A stretch of DNA of 64,000 nucleotides from Macrostomum lignano (Eukaryota), in assembly GCA_002269645.1 (NCBI GenBank), contig NIVC01002158.1:1-64000 (forward strand), read 5' to 3'. A program made the translations under genes and the position numbers. The first letter of the stretch is position 1, and every line of letters begins with the position of its first letter. Under the pieces are notes generated by a model. It searched no databases, was not told the origin of the DNA, and worked only from the letters and a program-made list of their open reading frames with translations. Positions 45,880-60,856 of this stretch are shown piece after piece.

Positions 45880-47495
45880 TTTATTATTTATTGATGAAAG
45901 TATAAGCCCAGTTTTCATTTTAGTCTTAATTCCTTAATTCAATTTCTGACTGTTCACTTTACTTGAGGCCTGAGCACCCATACATGCGCAACTGCTGGCC
46001 GACCTGGCCGATCTGGCCACCGTAAATTATGGGGGACCGGGGGTAAGTCGCAAAAATGCCCAGCCTAAAGAATACAGACGTAGTACTAATTTGATGACGA
46101 GGCTTTTAGCCCTTATAAGACAGTAACAGTTACTCCTGCCATTTACCCAAAATTGCATTAGGGTTTCTTTTTTTAAGTAATTTGCATTTTTGGTCAAAAA
46201 GTAAGTCGCATGGCCAGTGTAAATCAGGGGGTTGCGCATATATGTGAGTACCTAGTGGTTAGCTCCTAATTTTAGTATTGTTTATTATTATTAAAAGACA
46301 AGGGCCCCATGCTAATGTCAGCCATGGCCTAGGTTTATTTATTATCAATATTAACATTATATTAATTAGAGTATATATTGATCATTAAAAGACATTTTAA
46401 AATTGAAAATGCTCTACTAAAGAGTTTTAGGTATAATAATATGTTGTGCATTTAATCAATTAATCTGCTAATACTAAACACTTCCTTACCTTATAATTAT
46501 AAGCTTATTTTTTTAGTCTATGGTTCCTAAGAACTCAATATGATATGATATGATATGATTTTTTGTATTAAGATTTTACAGCTAATTTTCAAGAAGGTAA
46601 ACAAGTGCTATAAGCCATTGCAACCAATGCAGCAACTAAAATACTTCAAATCATTTTAGCCCAGCTCTTTGTTATCTTTTTCTTTCAAAAATTTAACATC
46701 CTGTATATAGAAATATCATTTTAGACAGGAGTAGATAGGAAAGAAAACTGAATATGCAAGTTGATAGCAATGAAGTGGGGTGGCTTTAGAATATTTGAAC
46801 TGCTGTCTGCATTTGAGTTTGTGCAGTTCAAGCTAGAAAATCTATTGCAATTAAGTTATAAAATCTGATAGGTTACTCTGTCTATTAGGATCTTCTATTT
46901 CAGGGGAAGATAAGATAAAATTACAGTTTAGCTGGTTGTTAGCATAGTTTTTTATGTCCTCAGACACTAATTTAATGTATATTCACTTTCTTTTATGCTT
47001 ACTTAGAGTAGGATAATGCTATCACAACTATAATAATGCTACAGCTTCTTGAATAATCAAGAATAAATGGATGCTCATTGGCTTATTGTGTAAATATGAT
47101 TTGGGTTAAATAAGTTTCAGTTTGAGCAATACATACAAAAAGGGGGGATCCATTTGTGAGGCTCCGAGGTCCAAACAAGGAAAGGAGAACTTCAGCAGCA
47201 AGGAATGGAAGCTCCTGACCAGAGACCATCCGGGATGATGCCATATGGCATCATAAAGTCCATTCGATGGCCTCATGGTCCCAAAAAGTGATTAGAAAAG
47301 TTCGTTTTGCAAAAAATCTGAAATTTGAAATGTCAAAAGTGATAGCCCCAACTACCACATATTCTTTGCCACTTTCTTCTATTCTAATATTATTATCATT
47401 ATCATTTTTCTTATTATCAGCATTTGGCCTGTTCGTAAACAAATGAACAATGCACCCTGGTGCTTATTTACAGTACTCAACTTGACCTAAATTAG

Positions 47496-49373
47496 TGAAA
47501 GCAGAGCCGGTGCAATGCCAAAGCACCACCAGTCAGGCAGGCGGCCAGACAGACCAAACCGCAATCAGCTGCAGCAGCAACAGAGACAGCCGCGAAAGCC
47601 AAGCAAAGTTGCACCACAACAGGTGCCCAGAGATCTTAGTCCAGAACCATTGGATGATGAGTCTGACAGATCTGGTGGCCCCGGAGCTGTGCCTCATGGT
47701 CGCCACTTTGATGCCCTGCTGCAGGAGTCTGCTTTTCGTCAGCTTGGCCAACAACAGCAGCAGAAACTTCCATTACAGCACCAGGTGTCTCCACAGGTGA
47801 ACTCATTGTCATGAACACTATGTGGTGTCATAAATCCAGAGAATCCGCCGTATCCACTCTAGGGAATCCCCCATATCCACTCCAGAGAATCCCCCGTATC
47901 CACTCTTGGGAATCCCCCATATCCACTCTAGGGAATCCCCATATCCACTCCAGAGAATCCCCCGTATCCACTCCAGGTAATCCCCCGTATCCACTCAAGG
48001 GAACCCCGTATCCACTCTAGGGAATCCCCCATATCCACTCCAGAGAATCCCCCGTATCCACTTTAGGGAATCCCCCATATCCACTGTAGGGAATCCCCGT
48101 ATCCTCTCTAAGGAATCCCACATATCCACTGTAGAGAATCCCCCGTATCCTCTCTAAGGAATTCCCCGTATCCTCTCTAAGGAATTCCCCGTATCCTCTC
48201 TAAGGAATCCCCCGTATCCTCTAGGGAATCCCCGTATCCTCTAGGGAATCCCCGTATCCACTTCAGGTAATCCCCAGTATCCTCTCTAAGGAATTCCCCG
48301 TATTCACTTCAGATGATCCTCCGTATCCTCTCTAGGAAATCCCACGTATCCACTCCAGGGAATCCCCCGTATTCTCTCTAGAGAAGCCTATCCACTTCGG
48401 GTAATCTCTCATATCCACTCCAGGGAATCACTCATATCCACTCTAGGGAATCCCTCATATCCATTCCAGGAAATCCCTCATATCCATTCCAGGAAATCCC
48501 TCATATCCATTCCAGGAAATCCCTCATATCCATTCCAGGAAATCCCTCATATCCATACCAGAAAATCTCTGTATCCTTTCCAGAAAATTTCCAATATCAA
48601 CTCGAATTGATCCATTTGTCTACCTCAGGGAATCCCAGTATCCACCCCAGGGAACCCCAATTCCTCCCAGATAATCTGTTTCATCCCCAGCTATTTCTCT
48701 GAAAGTGAGGTCTTTGAGAATGGTCTCTAATGGCAGCACTTAAAATTCCCCCGAATCCCAGGCGCTGGATTCATCAGGCACGCGTTCCGTCCACCAGCTC
48801 CATCCTCTCTGGCCAGATCCCAGCCTCCTTGGCGCCGCAATCGCCCTGGCCTCAGTTCGCGAGCCCTCGGAACATCCCAGCAGTGTGACGTCTTCCTCTT
48901 CGGAAGCCTCCGCGCAGGACCGGGAGGCAGCCCTGGCCGACGCCTACCTGCAGCTGCTGGGCGCGGAGTCGCTCCCAGACTGCCTGCCAGACACGGACCC
49001 GGTTGACCTTGAGACGTCTCCAGCCCGCGGCGATGACGAGCCATCTGACAGCGAAGACGATCAGCTGATTGTTGTCAATGAGGAAGCCGATGATGAGTTC
49101 GATTGGCTGGATCTCGACTGCGTGGCTGCGGTTGCTCCACCGAGGCTGAAGTTAAAGACTCCTGAGACTCATGAGACTCCTGAGGCTCCTACTATTAAGC
49201 AGGAACTCGATGAAGCTGCTCCATCATCGGCCGTGCAGCATCCGCCAGTCCCCGCGCCTCTGCCGCCGCCTCCGCCGCCCCTGGTTCTGCCGGATTCCCG
49301 ACCGGAACTCAGGCGGACTCGCGACTTGAACGAACTGGACGATGATTTGGATAAACTGCTGCAGGATGATTGA
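47496..49373 (+). CDS. Probable last two exons of a host gene (about 47496-47796 and 48798-49373), low-complexity acidic protein
   Basis: Phase-0 cag|gtgaac donor and ccaccag|ctc acceptor are in frame; stop at 49373, AATAAA near 49459; upstream exons not resolved. Confidence 0.45.
47830..48670. repeat. About 22-bp degenerate minisatellite (tatccactctagggaatcccc)n
   Basis: Direct inspection; lies in the putative intron. Confidence 0.9.
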
Positions 49374-49950
49374 CAGCTGTGATAGGACTTTGTTATTTTG
49401 CAGTGTTTTCTGCTCTCTTACAAAATGTACATACGTGTATTGAAGTATCTTGCCGTGAATAAACGTTGCGTTTTGTGTTTGTTGCATTTTCTATTGAATT
49501 TTGTAATCATACTGCACTTCTAAGTGGAATTAAGTCGGCCTACTTTTCTTTAATAATACTACTAATTGACTACACTTGTCCCAATTGGGCCAAATGTGCA
49601 ACCGACAGCTCAGCCGCAGCTATTGCGCGGCGTATCTGATGGCTGCGTACGGCTGTTCAGTCCAAGGACTGGAGGTGGCACACACGCACTTTCAATTGCC
49701 CCAGCTATTTTATTACAGGCAGGGGGTTGTGTGCACCCTGGCGCACTTTAAGCGACATAAGCACACAACCGGCGAGAGGCATTACTGCCCATTCCGCCGA
49801 CTCCCTGAGCAGGCATACAAGCGCGCGGATACGTACGCAGGCACACACACACAGGAGTGTACAGCGGCCCTAACTTTATATTATCGTTAGGCATGTACAC
49901 TTCCCTGCGCCTTTGGGGGTTGGCTCTCAAGGCCGTTTATTGCACGAGCA

Positions 49951-50534
49951 GAGCCAAGCCGGGATTCCAATTCAGCCCCAAATTAATTTGACTGCACTTG
50001 GAATCGAGCCTGGGTCGCTGGCACACCAGAGCAGCTGCGCTACCGCTGGGCTACGGCCCCCCGGGGTTGTAGCTTAGTGGTCAGAGCGTCGCGGAGTTGC
50101 GACTATAAACGGTCCGGAGTTCGATTCTCGAACCCACTCGAAACGATTTGTAGCTTTGAGCAAAACAATTAACTCTGCATTGCTTCAGTTCACCCAGCTG
50201 TAACATGGGTACCAGCATTAGCTGGGGTAATCGAGTGTGATTGTTGCGACCCCCCAGTCCTTGGACCTAAACAGCCGAGCCAAGCCCAGATTCCAATTCA
50301 GCCCCAAATTAATGTGACTGCACTTGGAATCGAGCCTGGGTCGCTGGCACACCAGAGCAGCTGCGCTACCGCTGGGCTACGGCCCCCCTTTTCCCCCAGC
50401 TAATGCTGGCGCCCATTTTACAGCTGGGCAATGCAGAGTTGAGCGTCTTGCTCAAAGACAACTTGTTCCGAGTTGGTCGAGAATCGAACCCTCGACCTTC
50501 CAGTCGCGACTTGTGACTCCAGTGCTACAACCCC
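49951..50534. mobile_element. Cluster of four tRNA-derived SINE pieces: X(-) 49951-50062, Y(+) 50063-about 50240, X(-) 50277-50388, Y(-) 50393-50534
   Basis: A/B boxes (tagcttagtgg / gagttcgattc; tagcccagcgg / ggctcgattcc); Y carries a ttgagcaa..ttaactct..cccagctgtaa.atgggtacc SINE core. Confidence 0.75.
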
Positions 50535-51530
50535 ATTTGCCTCTTACTGCGAAGACTCAAACTTGTACGCACTGTCAGGGTGTGTATGTAGGAACTAGTA
50601 TGCATTGAAATGGGGTTATACCTGCATGAAACCTGATTAATTCTGTAAAAATTATAACAGATTAGCATGCTGTGCATGCTAAATTAAAATAATGATGAAT
50701 CTTCACTGCCCAAGATCAAATTATGCAATCACTGATCATCAATGCCATGTTTGTCTGCATATGCAGCCTGAAATATTGAATCCAAAACCTAGGAAATACA
50801 AAATTTTAATATAATTTCTATTTCTAACTGTTTTAAGCTATTCTATTCATTATTGATTCCATGCAGTAACTTGAGAATAGTATGAAGCATTCTTCAGTTA
50901 ATACTACTATCACCTTATTAATTAAGGCAGTAGTCGGTTGCGGAGGGCTTGCTGAAACTACACACATTATTGTTTTCCAAAGCCTGCATGTACCAATTTT
51001 AGATTAATTTGTCTGTCTGCATGTTTGTCTTAATAGATATATGTGCCTTTTATAATCATTCGTATTATTTTTGGGATAATTATAAAACGTTTAATTCCAA
51101 CAAGCACCAGTAAGAATTGGCGTTGGCATGTGCTTCCGGTTTGGCATATTTTGGGCAATTTTGTAGCTGAAGTTGCCATTTAGAGCGTTTACGAGCTTGA
51201 CGGAGACGAAGCGAGAGGGCCATTTGCTAATTTAGCTGATTACTGCCTTTATAATCACATTAAGTTCGCGTGCATGTAGATGTAGTATGTAACAAATTAA
51301 TGTACAGACGCATGTATTGTGCAACTTAAACGCTTTTAAAACCTATCATGTACATGTACGAGTACATGCAGTATGTGAGTGTCGTTATTTACGTCGTTAC
51401 GTCGTTATTTACGAGATAAATAAATATTTACGTGAACGCCACTTCCAATTTAGTTACATGGATTAATTAGCACTTTTAGTTCATGAATATCTTTCTGGCC
51501 TAAAATCTTATTTAAGGTCTTAAGAATGGT

Positions 51531-52245
51531 GTCCAAACCTCAAATCGCCTCCAAACCTCAACAATCGCCTCCAAACATCAATAATCGCATTCAAACCTCA
51601 ATAATCGCCTCCGAACCTCAATAATCGCCTCCGAACAACAATTATCGCCTCCAAACAACAATAATCGCCCACAAACCTCAATTATCGCCTCCGAACCTCA
51701 ATAATCGCCTCCAAACAACAATAATCGCCCACAAACCTCAATAATCGCCCCAAACCTTAATAATCGCCCCCCAAACTTCAATAAGAGCCTCCAAACAACA
51801 ATAATCGCCCACAAACCTCAATAATCGCCCCAAACCTTAATAATCGCCCCCCAAACTTCAATAAGAGCCTCCAAACAACAATAATCGCCCACAAACCTCA
51901 ATTATCGCCTCCGAACCTCAATAATCGCCTCCAAACAACAATAATCGCCCACAAACCTCAATAATCGCCCCAAACCTTAATAATCGCCCCACAAACTTCA
52001 ATAAGAGCCTCCAAACCTCAATTATTGTCCCCAAACCTCAAATCGCCCCAAACTTCAATAACCGCCGCCAAACATCAATTATTGTCCCCAAACCTCAATA
52101 ATCGCCCCAAACTTCAATAATCGCCTTCAAACCTCAATTATCGCCCCCAAACATCAATAATCGCCTCCAAACCTCAATAATCGCCTCCAAACCTCAATTA
52201 TCGCCCCCAAACCTCAAAAATCGCCTCCAAACCTCAATAACCGCA
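51531..52245. repeat. About 20-bp minisatellite (aacctcaataatcgcctcca)n with higher-order blocks
   Basis: Direct inspection. Confidence 0.92.
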
Positions 52246-55200
52246 AGTAAAAATTAATTGCCTATGGAGAACACGAGGCGCTCGCGGACCTCACAGATGA
52301 TTTTATAAATTCAAATTCAAATTTGGTTGGATGAACGGCTTCTTCGATTTCTGTCCAATATCATATCTGGAATCGTGGTTTACCTTGAGTGGCTGCTTTT
52401 CCTTTACTCGTGTTTTATATTATACTCAAAGTGCGAGTATTCAAGGCAAAATAAGAATATGCCTCATGCTTTGACAGGCAATTTTCCGCATTTAAGAAGG
52501 CCAGCTCAAATTCTCAGTTGATTGACTGCCTTATAAAAAACTCTCCAATGTTGGCCATTGAAGATCTCGAATTTTCAGACGTTCTCTCCTCAACAGCTGG
52601 TTTTGCTCATTATATATAGTCCAACACATGTCAATCACGAGACATTGCACATTCCACTTTCTATACTGTGTATACGCAAGCCTTAATAACTGAAAGTCTC
52701 CATGCAATATAAAAATACTGGCTATTACCGCCTGTAATCCAAATATACTAAATCTCTAAGGTTTGTATGTTTGAATGAGTGTCCATAAGGCTCTAGAGAT
52801 TGCAATAGAATACTAATGTCAACTCAGACAAGATACATTTGGTACACTGTATATGGCTGCTCAGCATGCCAAATTGAGCTCACAAATTTGCATACTGATG
52901 ATGATGAGCGCTGGATCGAGCTGTGTTGAGTTTATGGGGTTAAAAATGGCATAAATTTGCATTCGTGTGTGTGTGTGTGCGTGTGTGTGATTGCGTAAAG
53001 ATCCAACTTGCCGCATGCGGTTGCATGCACTAGCTACTACTACATGTACTACTGACGGGGCGCAGGCAACCCCAAAGTAAAATAAACCAATGCTTAACCC
53101 TGGGGGTCAGCAGGTTCATTGAGACATGACATCGTCGACCCTCATCTCTCGGCCGGTATCTCGGACGAAGGCACGAGAAGGTCACGGATGTTGTCCGAGG
53201 ATGGTCAGCTCGTCCATCCGGGGGGGGGAGTTGGCCGAGGCGTTTTGTGCCACGCCTTAATGAAGTAAGGGCAGAGGTGACATGATCTGCTCCGCGGTTT
53301 CCTCTACTGCATGCATGCCATAGAAAGGACAGGTGGGAGGGCAACCGGTTTGCAACGAGATGTCGCTGGAAGAATCCACGGCTATGGTTAGGATGCGATT
53401 GCATTGCAGGCAAGTCTGTGACCTGGCTATATTATATATACATGTACTCAGCAACATCACAGAAGATTCCGTCTGTTGTCGCCACTTTTGAGAGTGCAGG
53501 TAAAGTCTCTCAATCTTTGCGAGTGACGCAGGTTAAGTCGAGGTTTGGACGGATCAAAGCTACCACGATCAGTTTTCTCGTGTCTTTTATTTCAGAACTG
53601 TCCAAGAGAAATTGCTCACTGGCGCATAGACTGGCGACTTTTCAATGTTGCTGAGTATATATGTAATAAACAGTATCGGTTAACACATAATTAACGCCTG
53701 CAATTTTTATTTATTACTCAATATTTCTATCTTAGTTTCTAGCCGCACAGCTGGGTGGATTACCGCACAGATTGGTCCCTGCAGGCCTGGCAGGCCCCGA
53801 CCGCCTGCCTCCACCTCTGCCCCCAGTAGTCTCTCTGTATTGATTCGCCCAGTGCACTATACCACCAAGGCTGTGCCGCCCCCCCCCCCGCGCACTGACG
53901 CGCCCCTGGTATCGGGGATATGGGATATTTTTATACGCCCCAGCCATGCATGCATTGAACACAGTTTCTCTCCCTTGGCCTCGCCTCCCCCCCCCCCCAG
54001 CCCTCTCTTCCCAACGGCCGCGACCCCGATTTACCCAAAGTGGGCAGACCCGGGGTGTGGCCGCATGGCAGGCGAGAGTGTGGGGAGATTTTGTCGGGGT
54101 TGGCTGCGCGGGAACGGCGGACCAGGGGTGGGGGTGGGATCGGCAATTGTGGGCTTTGTGGGGAAGCCAATCCTCAACCCCCCCCCGTCAGTCGATTCTC
54201 CCCCCCCAGCAACCTCCGACAGTGCGGCAGTGCAGCCCCCTCTGCTCAGTCCCCTCCTCCGACCCTCTTCTCCCTTTGCTCCCCTCCACTCCCTGCGTGT
54301 CTATTAACGACTGGCAGCTCACGCACGTCCAGCGGAAAGGCATCTCTTGCGCTTTGGCAACTGTCCCGCTGGTGTATGTCAGTAAATTGGCGCGTGCAGT
54401 GCTGCTGCATGTCCAGTCTGTGCTTGAGCCAGAGAAAATTTGACCAGCTGGCAGGCAAAAACGTCTGCTTGGAGGACAGCGGCTAATTTTTTCTGTTGAA
54501 ATTCATCCGCGGACAGGAACGAGGCTTTTTGCTTTGACCCGCTTTGACCTTTCAACTCTGGGAGCATTGCATTAAAACCGAATAAGCTGCAGCACGAGAA
54601 GCTAAACGTCAGGCTCGTTGCATCAGAGAGTTGAGCTGAGTTCCAAAGAGCCTCCTGGAGTCCTTGATCCGCCGTCTCTGAGGCTTGAGCGCCTTGATGG
54701 CATTGTCCGAATGCTATTCAAACGAGGTAAGAGTGGTCAAGCACCGCATGTTCTCAAGCTTTGGTTACTAACTAATTTTCTCCAACAAAGTCGCCATTGA
54801 CGTTGGATAGTGGTAAAGATTAAAGCTTCTTGTCGCAACTCTTTCTTTTGAAAGATACGCAGACATTTGAGAACGCAGTACGTAAGAGCCGGGGGCCTCT
54901 ATAATTATAGCAAAGGAGAGACTGGGAATTAGATTAGTACTGAGCTCTCGATGATAAAGGCTGGACTATCTTGTTGAACAGCAGTGTGTACGAGAATAGC
55001 AAAGCATCGAGCATCGAGAAACCTGTTAGAAGAACCAAAACGTCTGCGTGCTGTCGCGATACGTTCGGCCGTTTAACAATAAATTCAATGAATTCAATTT
55101 CATCCAGGCTCAAAATGAAAAAGAAGCAGAAAAAAGTTTTTTTTTGAATCAAGTCGGTTTCATACAGCCATTTCATACAGGAGCCGTAAAAATCCATAGC

Positions 55201-55861
55201 GACAGAGGCGCGCGGACGTTCGCGAGCGCGCACGCAACCTGCAGAGTATGGAGAATCAGAAGTTCCAATTAGAACCTTTCGGATTCAATTTGTATCCGGG
55301 CGTGTGGAAAGTTGCTGACTTGCCAAGTCGAGGCGCACGCCAAGTCGCTGTTAGGAAATTCACTTTTTTGCCTGGGCGAGAGAATTCTCGTCCCCAGCTC
55401 TTCTTATCTAGATTTTTTCGTCCATTCTTAATCCTCTCATAATCCAGACTTGAAAATTGGGGGAATTTCCAAATCCGACGAGTCTTCCCGTCTTTGACCC
55501 CGATGCCGGTTGGGAATTTTTCAATCTGACAGACTGCAAGGAAGGAGGTCCTTTATGGCGCGTAGGCTTTGTGAAGATAAAAAATGTACTTCTGTCTCGC
55601 GTTTGGGCCGACTATAAAGAGCTAAAAAAACTTAATTACAGTGGAGTGCCCACTGGAGCATGGAAGTGAACCCCGTGAACTTATTAGTGAACATATTATA
55701 GCAGCAAAGCATTAATAGGATTCGCTTGAGATAGTCAGAATGGCCGTCTCCGAGCTAAAGAATTTGCTGGCGCGTGAGACTTAACGTACTTGATGTACTT
55801 TACGTGTCTGCGTTAACGCTTAGATTTATCATAATTAACTTTACGACCATTTTGATGTCAG

Positions 55862-56481
55862 GATCAGTGTGTCAGCTCATTGAACGCCAAGATCTGTGTG
55901 TCAGCTCATTGAACGCCAAGATCAGTGTGTCAGCTCATAGAACGCCAAGATCGGTGTGTCAGCTCATAGAACGCCAAGATCGGTGTGTCAGCTCATTGAA
56001 CGCCAAGATCAGTGTGTCAGCTCATTGAACGCCAAGATCAGTGTGTCAGCTCATAGAACGCCAAGATCAGTGTGTCAGCTCATTGAACGCCAAGATCAGT
56101 GTGTCAGCTCATAGAACGCCAAGATCGGTGTGTCAGCTCATTGAACGCCAAGATCAGTGTGTCAGCTCATTGAACGCCAAGATCAGTGTGTCAGCTCATA
56201 GAACGCCAAGATCTGTGTGTCAGCTCATAGAACGCCAAGATCGGTGTGTCAGCTCATTGAACGCCAAGATCAGTGTGTCAGCTCATAGAACGCCAAGATC
56301 GGTGTGTCAGCTCATAGAACGCCAAGATCAGTGTGTCAGCTCATAGAACGCCAAGATCGGTGTGTCAGCTCATAGAACGCCAAGATCTGTGTGTCAGCTC
56401 ATAGAACGCCAAGATCGGTGTGTCAGCATAGAACGCCAAGATCAGTGTGTCAGCATAGAACGCCAAGATCAGTGTGTCAGC
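55862..56481. repeat. 28/29-bp minisatellite (gatcagtgtgtcagctcattgaacgccaa)n
   Basis: Direct inspection; no spacers. Confidence 0.95.
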
Positions 56482-58156
56482 CAGCTCACAATGCTAGCTA
56501 ATCTCACACCAGCTTGTATTGCTCAAGCCGACCAACCACAGAGCAGTCGTAGGTGCAACATAAATTAATCAACAGTAAAACTCTGCCTTCCCTACCAGCT
56601 GTGAAAATGACACTCAGAGATTCTTTTCTATTTGCCTACGGAGTGGCTTGCCAACAGCAGTATATATAAACACGATATACGCTATAGTAGCTCCCGTCCA
56701 GGCGGGGTGAGGTTTGACTTGCTAGGCTAAAGTCAGTTTGGGTGACAGTTTTAGTACAAGTACAATTCAGTACGTACGAACGTTTGTCTTCAGCACTGGG
56801 TTACGTATACGTCGTAGTTGAGGGATAGGGTATTGCAGAATTTCCCTGACTTCACAACCTGAGAGGCGATGACGGGGAGAGGCTGCATCACGAGGCGCTG
56901 ATTGCCTCTCACCCTGCAAAAATGGCTGGCAAAGTCAGCGGCGAGAGGCGTCTGCTGTTCCTCCGCTCATAAAACTTTGCAGTGCCTTTCCACATCCACT
57001 TTGCATCTTAGTCGCATCTGTTCCTTTGTTCTCAGCTCTTCTATCTCGGTGTAAATGCTATCTCATCCTCAAATATCATTGTACTTCAACTTCATGTCAT
57101 TTTAGTCCCATCCCAATCCTGTCTCGCCTGCCATTATTTTCATTATTTTCATATCTTCCTTCTCCCATCGCAAGACGGACTTCTGCAACTGTGATCATTT
57201 CTGATCAGAAGCAGCGCAGCACTTCTGGCTTCAATAATTCCCAACAGTCACCAGCAGGTTGGCGTGTGAAAGACTGACCACTGGCTGATTCTCTGGCCCA
57301 GATCATTCGCCCAAATAGATGAATGAAATCTGGCTTTTCTCACAGAGATTAGTGCCCGTCGATGGCATTCATGCGTTCTTTGAAGGGGCCACGCGGGAGA
57401 GGAGAATGCAGAGAATACAGACGGAGGCGACCGCTTTGATGAGGCTTCCCCAACAACACACATATCGGCTTTCCTCTGAGGCGTGACGATTCGGCTCTGA
57501 GCCTGTCTGGCCGTGTCATTTCAGCTTAACACGTGGATCATGTCGGAGCGCGAGGCACTTCTCGCTTAGTTGAACATGAATGACTGCCATCAATAGTTGC
57601 ACAAGTTCAAGTTTGAATTGTTAAGCCCAAAGCAACCCCGTGCGGATTTTGTGCGTGAAATCGCAGGAAGAATCAGGAAGAATCTTGTTGAACAGTGGCA
57701 GCAGCACCAGGTTCGATCACCTGTTTGTTGCAAAATTCCCTTGGGTGCTGTTTTCTGGATGGTGGCATCCTGCAGCAGAGGCGCTTCAATTCCGCAGGCT
57801 CAGGGCTTTCTTGTTCGAGGGATTTCTAGGAATGGGGATCTTTGGATCTTCTTGCAGTTAATTGGATAGTTGCGCAGCTTGCGCTGGGCTTCCAGTCAGC
57901 GCAGCTGGCGTTGGACAAGTTTTCCGGATTGCCAGAAATTGACAGATCGCTGCAGATGCGCGTTGACGGTTCTAATTTGAGCGATTTTTTTGCGTCTGCA
58001 GTGAATGGCTGCATCAAATGTAGATATTGGCTCCAGTACATAATAAAGGGCACAATTACTCGTAATATGGCGAAGGCGTATTCTCATGCGTTTTCAAATA
58101 ACTTATTCAGGGTTTTTGTTACGAGCGTACGTATGCTAGTACTTTAGAGGAACAAA

Positions 58157-58470
58157 GTGTGTCACATCCATATGCGGTTGTGGATCAGAAATGTGTCACA
58201 TCCATATGCGGTTGTGGCTCAGAAATGTGTCACATCCAGATGCGGTTGTGGCTCGGAAATGTGTCACATTCTGATGCGTTTGTGGCCCAGAAATGTGTCA
58301 CATCCTGACTCGGTTGTGGCCCAGAAATGTGTCACATCCTGACTCGGTTGTGGCCCAGAAATGTGTCACATCCTGACTCGGTTGTGGCCCAGAAATGTGT
58401 CACATTCTGACGCGGTTGTGGATCAGAAATGGGTCACATCCTGATGCGTTTGTGGCTCAGAAATGTGGCA
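58157..58470. repeat. 34-bp minisatellite (cagaaatgtgtcacatcctgactcggttgtggcc)n, about 9 copies
   Basis: Period measured at 58321/58355. Confidence 0.92.
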
Positions 58471-59147
58471 CAATTTTGGAAATTTTGTATGGCAAAAAAT
58501 CAGAGTGACTCATGCGCATTTAGCATGTTTACTAAAGCAAGTCAAAAGTATCTGACAGAAGTTCCTTCGCCCATTTCCAGAGGCGCCATTCTCTCACCGA
58601 GCACTGAGTGTCGGAAGCTGCTGTGAAAGCGCCGCGTCATCATGGTGAGCTCTCCACTTTTGTGTGAATATTGATTGTCAGAAAATGCCTCTGAAGCAGG
58701 GCGCGCCATTGAATTGGTGAGCAACCCTCGAGATGCCAGCGAAGAAAAGTGACTCTCACAGCGACCCCGCCTTCTCCCGCTCTCGGCTCGATGAATTCAA
58801 TAATGCTCTCGAGCTTTAGGGGTAGCTCAGGTGGGGAGTTAAAATGGGAAGGCAAGCGGAAGAAGCGGGAAGATGGCCTTCCCAGTTCGTGTCCCATTAT
58901 CAGCTCCGCCTCGAAAGTCCTCTCTGGGCTGGCTGAATGCGTGTTCCATTACTATATTTTTCTTCGCCAAAATCGTTTTCTGTTCCACTGCGGCTTTCAG
59001 GTGGAAGTTTCAGGCAACTGCCGAGGGGAGACGGCAGATTAGGCAGGCGGTTTAAGTCAGCTGTGGGGTGCTAAGCTGCCGGGCACCTGGGGTGAAAATG
59101 TATTTTTATAGGTTGAAAGCAGCTTTATGGATGGATCTATTTCTGGA

Positions 59148-59828
<681 letters not shown>

Positions 59829-60856
59829 ATACCTAAATCAGAATTCCCTAAAGTGCAGATTTGCACTTCATCAGCCTCAGCATCCCCAGCCAGTCCTGAA
59901 AGCTTCTGCCTGATTGCAGCGCTCTCGCATCGTGTGAAAAAACACACGCAGTGTTTTCGGTGCCTCGCCAGAGCCAGAAGTGGCTGGCAAAGGTGTGGGC
60001 CAGGCGGATAGCGCTTATCACTTTTTCCTATCTTCAATACCAGATCCCGATTCAGGCATCAAACTCTCAGTCAGCGCGACTTGGGTTTGCTTTCTTGCCA
60101 GAAAAAAACAAATTAGGTATTGGAAATCTTTCTGCAGACAGCTTGCAGGAGTGCCATTGGCACCTCTCCAGACCAGAAAGAAGTCACTGGCTGATAAATT
60201 TGTACTTTTATTTGCAAGCGTTAAAGTGGCCATTATTAACGGAAAAGAACTGAAAGCAAACGGTGGTGACAGTGAGACAGTAGAGTGACGGCGAGAAGTG
60301 TGACAGCGAGTAGTGTGACGGCGAGAAGTGTGACGGTGAGAAGAGTGACAATAAGGATTAGATAAACTCCTAAAACAAAAAATAATCAATTGATCTTAAA
60401 TAATTATGAGCATCTCAGAGCAAGCCAATCTGGGCACAGCAACAATAAAATCGGAATAAAAAAGCCAGAAATTGAAACTGTAAAAGAAGACTTCCGAGGC
60501 AAGCAGTTGAGGAAGTGGACAAGAGGAAATGGAGGGCGGACTGCTGGAAGTAAGCAGGAAACAGAAATTCGAGATGGGATGGAGAGAGAGAGCGGATCCT
60601 GCGGGATTCCAGACACAGTGGGGGCGATCAATCAGTGTCAGGGGGGTTCAGGCAGAGAAGCAGCGCATCGTAGAAGCAATTTGAGTTGCTCAGCTCTTCT
60701 CCCTCCCTTAGCCAGAGCCCACTGGCGGAGGGGAACTTTTACTTGAGCACTGCTTCTCGCTGCATGGGATAGAAAGTGTCCGTGGCCACGCCGCGGTCGA
60801 GTCCAATCCGCCAAGTGCAGTTAAAACTGGCCGCCTTTTCTGGGGAGATTTCTTTT

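Noticed and set aside
50063-50140. tRNA genes
   Set aside because: A/B boxes are present, but I could not form a proper cloverleaf and SINE core sequence follows.
53700-59050. Scattered 60-165-aa ORFs, possibly transposase remnants
   Set aside because: No recognisable motifs or consistent frame; cannot support a call.
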